Source: Paramoeba atlantica
Taxonomy: Eukaryota; Protista; Discosea
Direction of reading: 5' to 3'
Assembly (NCBI GenBank): GCA_977017575.1
Contig: CDRNVI010000087.1
Location: 186,001 to 250,000, forward strand
DNA length: 64,000 nucleotides
Shown here: piece by piece, positions 60,340 to 64,000 of the stretch
How the letters are laid out: every line of letters starts with the position of its first letter
Position numbering within the stretch: the first letter of the stretch is position 1
The notes under the pieces: generated by a model
Seen by the model: only the letters and a program-made list of their open reading frames with translations
What the model was told of the DNA's origin: nothing
The model's database searches: none
Translations under genes and position numbers: made by a program

Positions 60340-60662
60340 TTTAACCTAAAAGTGGGGTAGGGGAAAGTAGAGAAGTAGGGAGAAAAGTGGGAAAAGTAAG
60401 TCAAAGGGGGAGAAAGTGAGAGAGAAAGAGGGGAAAGTGGAAAATTTTCAAAAAAAAAAAAAAAAAAAAAACCCGGTCCGGAACGCGCGAATGGTTAGGG
60501 AGTCACCCGCACGCCGGGTGAGGTGAAGCTGAGGGAGACCTTACCCTCCCTGAGAAGTTGAAAAGTGGGGTAGGGGAAAGTAGAGAAGTAGGGAGAAAAG
60601 TGGGAAAAGTAAGTCAAAGGGGGAGAAAGTGAGAGAGAAAGAGGGGAAAGTGGAAAAAAAAA

Positions 60663-60694
60663 AACGATAAAGATACAGTTTCTGTACCTTGTTG
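60663..60694 (+). other. Spliced-leader (mini-exon)-like sequence, 5'-truncated, not followed by the SL intron GT
   Basis: aacgataaagatACAGTTTCTGTACcttgttg carries the kinetoplastid/diplonemid SL core ACAGTTTCTGTAC and the terminal TTG. Confidence 0.7.
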
Positions 60695-63600
60695 AATTAT
60701 TTTTATTAACCCACTATTTTCCCTATCAGGGTCTCACCATGCCACACGACGACCTCTTCGATGCGAATGCAGTACCCATGGACGACGACTCTTTCCGTCA
60801 GGAAGAAATTTCGCACAACACGGGTGCTTGGGACCAATTTGCAGGAAACGCACATTTAATTCCCGGTCAGAGCTCCTACGATGAACTCTTGTACACAACA
60901 CCGATTCCCAAACATATCCCCAAACACTGGGCAAAAAGAGCCGCCAAGATCGCCGGAGAGGCTCCCACGCCGGACACGGGAAGAATGACGGAAGATGAAG
61001 AGACGAATCACTCCCTCGTCGTGGAAGCAAGCCCGAGAAACACACCGGAGGTTCCTGACGCCCAAGTACCTTCTCCAAACAAGGCCTCGAAGCGCAAGAA
61101 CATAAATCCGGTACCGATCCCGCAGCACTGTACTCAGCGCGTATGCCCAGCTGAAGGATGCACTTGGAAGACTCCTCCTCACGGTGGGCAATGGCAAGCA
61201 TTTTACAATCATGTGGCCCACCGACACGGAGAAAGCGTACCAACCACTTGGTGGGAGGGGGAGGGAAGATTTCTTTGCAAGGACTGCGGCAGGCACTACG
61301 ATAAGAACAAGGAGAATTCTCACCCCAAACAGTGCAAAGGCCGTAACCACCCCGTGCGATCTCAAACCCCACCTAGGCCAACGACAAGTCTCGAAAATGC
61401 AACTGAAATTCCTCCAGAAAACATGCTATCAACGTTGAGCTCTATCTGCGCGCTGCCCATAAGCACATGCAAAGATGTCCCCCATTCCTGTAGGTTTCTA
61501 TGGGCGAGCATTTTGACACAGGTCATGACATCTGCTGTGCAAGAAAACACAATGGAGGCATGGACGTTACTGGCAATGCTCCCTAAATGCGTCTTACCTG
61601 CACCTTACCGAGGCGGTCGCAAAGGACACACGTCATACTCTACATACGTGGAAAAAAGCATGGAACTCTGGCTAGAAGGGGAGTACCTCTTGCTCTGGGA
61701 ACAGGCCCTAAAGGATCACGCCAAAAAACGCTCCAAGCCTAGAAGTTCCGAAAATGAAGAAGAAAGAGCGGCAATCAGGGCAGAAATACTGTCACGTCAA
61801 GGGGAATACTCTAGGGGAATAGCCGCTCTAACCGCAGCACCCATGGCGCCGGACAACGAGGAGACCCTTGCGAAGCTTCTATAAAAGCACCCAAATCCTC
61901 ACGAAAACCCACTTGAGAACGATCTTCCACCGATTGAGGGTAATCCCCTGCGTCTGGAGGAAGTTTTCGCAGAGGGTCTTCTGCCGGAACAATGGGTCTA
62001 CGTCCAGAACACATCCAGGCCGCCATTTTGGAACACGCCGACAAGAAGGTGGGTCCTCTTTCGTTCCTCACTCGCCTCGTGAACCACATGCTCCAAGGAA
62101 AGGCACCGCCAGAGGTACAACTGTTCTACGCTGGAGCCCGTCTCTGCGCTCTGGAGAAAGGTGAAGAAGATGTCCGACCCATAGCAGCAGGCGAAACCCT
62201 CAGACGTCTAGTAAGCAAAGCGGCATGCGTCGCCGTAAAGGAGAAGGCTGAAACTTTATTCCGGGGAAGACAGTATGGTGTGGCTGCATCCGCGGGGGCC
62301 GAACGAGTAATTCATCTGTGCCGGAAAACAATGCTAAACAACATGGGGAGCGACAGTCTTGTTCTCTGTAAGGTAGACCTCAGAAATGCGTTCAACAACG
62401 TCAGCAGGCCTGTCTTCACTTTGCTCACACGTCTCAATTTTCCAGAACTTTCACCCTGGGTGGAATGGTGCTACACAAACCCGAGTTGTCTTACCTACGG
62501 GAATCACTTCCTATCCTCAGCCGAAGGCGTCCAGCAAGGTGACCCATTGGGTCCGCTTCTCTTCTCTCTAGTCCTTTCTGGGGTAACCGAGGAAATATCA
62601 TCCCGATCAAACCTAGATTCGCAACTATGGTATTTGGACGACGGAGTTCTCATGGGGGAGGCGGCGGAGGTTCGAAAGGCGCTTGACGTTTTTTCCGAGG
62701 TTGGTTCACAATGCGGGCTATTTCTGAATCCGAACAAGTGTGAAATAATAACGCCACCTGCCTCAGCCCATCACACGACTTTATTTCCGGAAATACCTAC
62801 CGCCAAAATTCGTGTTGACGGGAATTTCGATATTCTCGGATCCCCGATTGGGTCTGCGGAGCACTGCGCGGAGTTCCTAATGTCTCACGCCATCGAACCC
62901 GCACGCGAGACTCTCGCAGCAATAGGGCTAATAGGCGATCCACAAGTTGCCATCGCCCTCATCCGCCAGTGCACTGGCTTCTGCCAAATGGTGTACACTC
63001 TCCGCACCACACCCCCCCAGGCTCTTTTTCAACTTTGTAGCCTACTAGACGAAACCGTTCTTAAAGCTGTCGAGTGGGCACTTTTCCCCCTGGAACCCCA
63101 CGCACGTGACCAAATCCAACGAAGGAAACGCCACGGAGGTTTCGGCCTTAGGTCTGCAACACTCCACGCGACAGCCGCTTACGTTTCTTCCGTCGCGCAC
63201 GCCGCCGACATAGACGACTGGGATCCTACAGAGGCTGATGGATTCGCCATTTCGGTACAAGACGTAAACCGTAAAGCAGGAGTAGCGCTAGTGGATCCCA
63301 ACACGGGGCGCACACCCAAGCAGGACAAGCCACTCCCATACTCAGGCCACCATCACAACTTCCTCCCGAAAAGGAAACGCCCACGGAGCACTCAAAACAA
63401 AATGGAAGCGGACAGGGCAACCGCGCCGGAGATGGTCATCCCTCGACAGCAGCAACTCAGCCAGGCTATCTCACAGCAGGAATTCACCACAGCACCGAGC
63501 AGGCTGACCCTCGCACTCGCGCACGGTGGGTTTCAGAGTCGGGTAAGGGAGCAGGTAGCTGGGCTTTCGTGACGCCCTCTAGGAGCAAAGGATACGCCTT

Positions 63601-64000
63601 CACACCAACAGAGTTCCGCACGCTGTCCCGCTGGTGGCTGGGATCCGACATCTATCAAGAAGATCGCCCTTGCCCAGCGAAGGGATGCACATTACCTCTG
63701 CAGAAAAATGGGGAACATGCATTGTTATGTAAGAACGGACATGGCCTCATCACCCGTCACAACGCGGTCTGTGAGCAATTCACAGCATTCTGCAGAAAAG
63801 CCGACATAGCTCCGCAAAGGGAGAAAAGCCTGGGAAATCGTGGTCCAAGAGGGGGTCTCACCAGACCTGCTGACGTGTTTCTCCCGAATTACACCCTGGG
63901 AAGTGGTATGGTGTTAGACTTCGCAGTCACCCACGCACAGCAACTAAAGTATTTGGACTCTGTCCGGAATGCTAGCTGGGTGGCTGCGGGATCTTTCGCT
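60695..64000 (+). mobile_element. Second, different CRE-clade RLE non-LTR retrotransposon, degenerate (TAA at 61882-4, frameshifts near ~61965 and ~63490), running off the window
   Basis: N-terminal Zn fingers (CPAEGC...H...H; CKDCG), RT RPIAAGE, GVQQGDPLGP and WYLDDG, then CPAKGC...HALLC and RPADVFLP...LDFAVTH in the shifted frame. Confidence 0.9.

Larger units (their letters stand above)
58418..60664 (+). mobile_element. Train of eight short poly(A)-terminated retroposed units (U1-U8)
   Basis: A-tracts at 58644, 58850, 59064, 59455, 60064, 60248, 60450 and 60654. A ~105-nt purine-rich tail is shared by U1, U2, U3, U7 and U8. Confidence 0.85.

Overview
Eukaryotic nuclear DNA, very rich in repeats and transposons, with intronless genes. 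It is most likely an early-branching kinetoplastid (Perkinsela/Ichthyobodo-like). This is an inference from a kinetoplastid-type RPL44, a likely ATP synthase subunit ATPTB6 homolog and a spliced-leader-like motif ACAGTTTCTGTAC. Host genes are RPL44, an ATPTB6-like gene, a 745-aa RRM protein and nine members of one LRR family with a shared N-terminal cap. Mobile DNA includes Tc1/IS630-like, pogo-like, PIF/Harbinger-like and Merlin-like DNA transposons, TA-flanked MITEs, a hairpin-ended non-autonomous family that inserts with no or at most a 2-bp TSD (Helentron/HINE-like), and CRE-clade (RLE) non-LTR retrotransposons. The most interesting locus is 53.8-64 kb. Two CRE-like elements are joined by a 2.3-kb train of eight short poly(A)-terminated units. 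Two units begin exactly at G1 of a canonical HDV-like ribozyme fold, and the downstream element begins with a spliced-leader-like exon. This fits serial template jumping by a retrotransposon RT across ribozyme-processed and trans-spliced RNAs. A second highlight is a bacterial IS30-type transposase HTH fragment captured inside the hairpin-ended element and amplified into a 9-copy tandem array (13.1-18.2 kb). A third is a ~540-bp tandem array built from the 3' end of the ATPTB6-like gene. No CRISPR, tRNA or rRNA was recognised. All calls are by eye; no searches were run.
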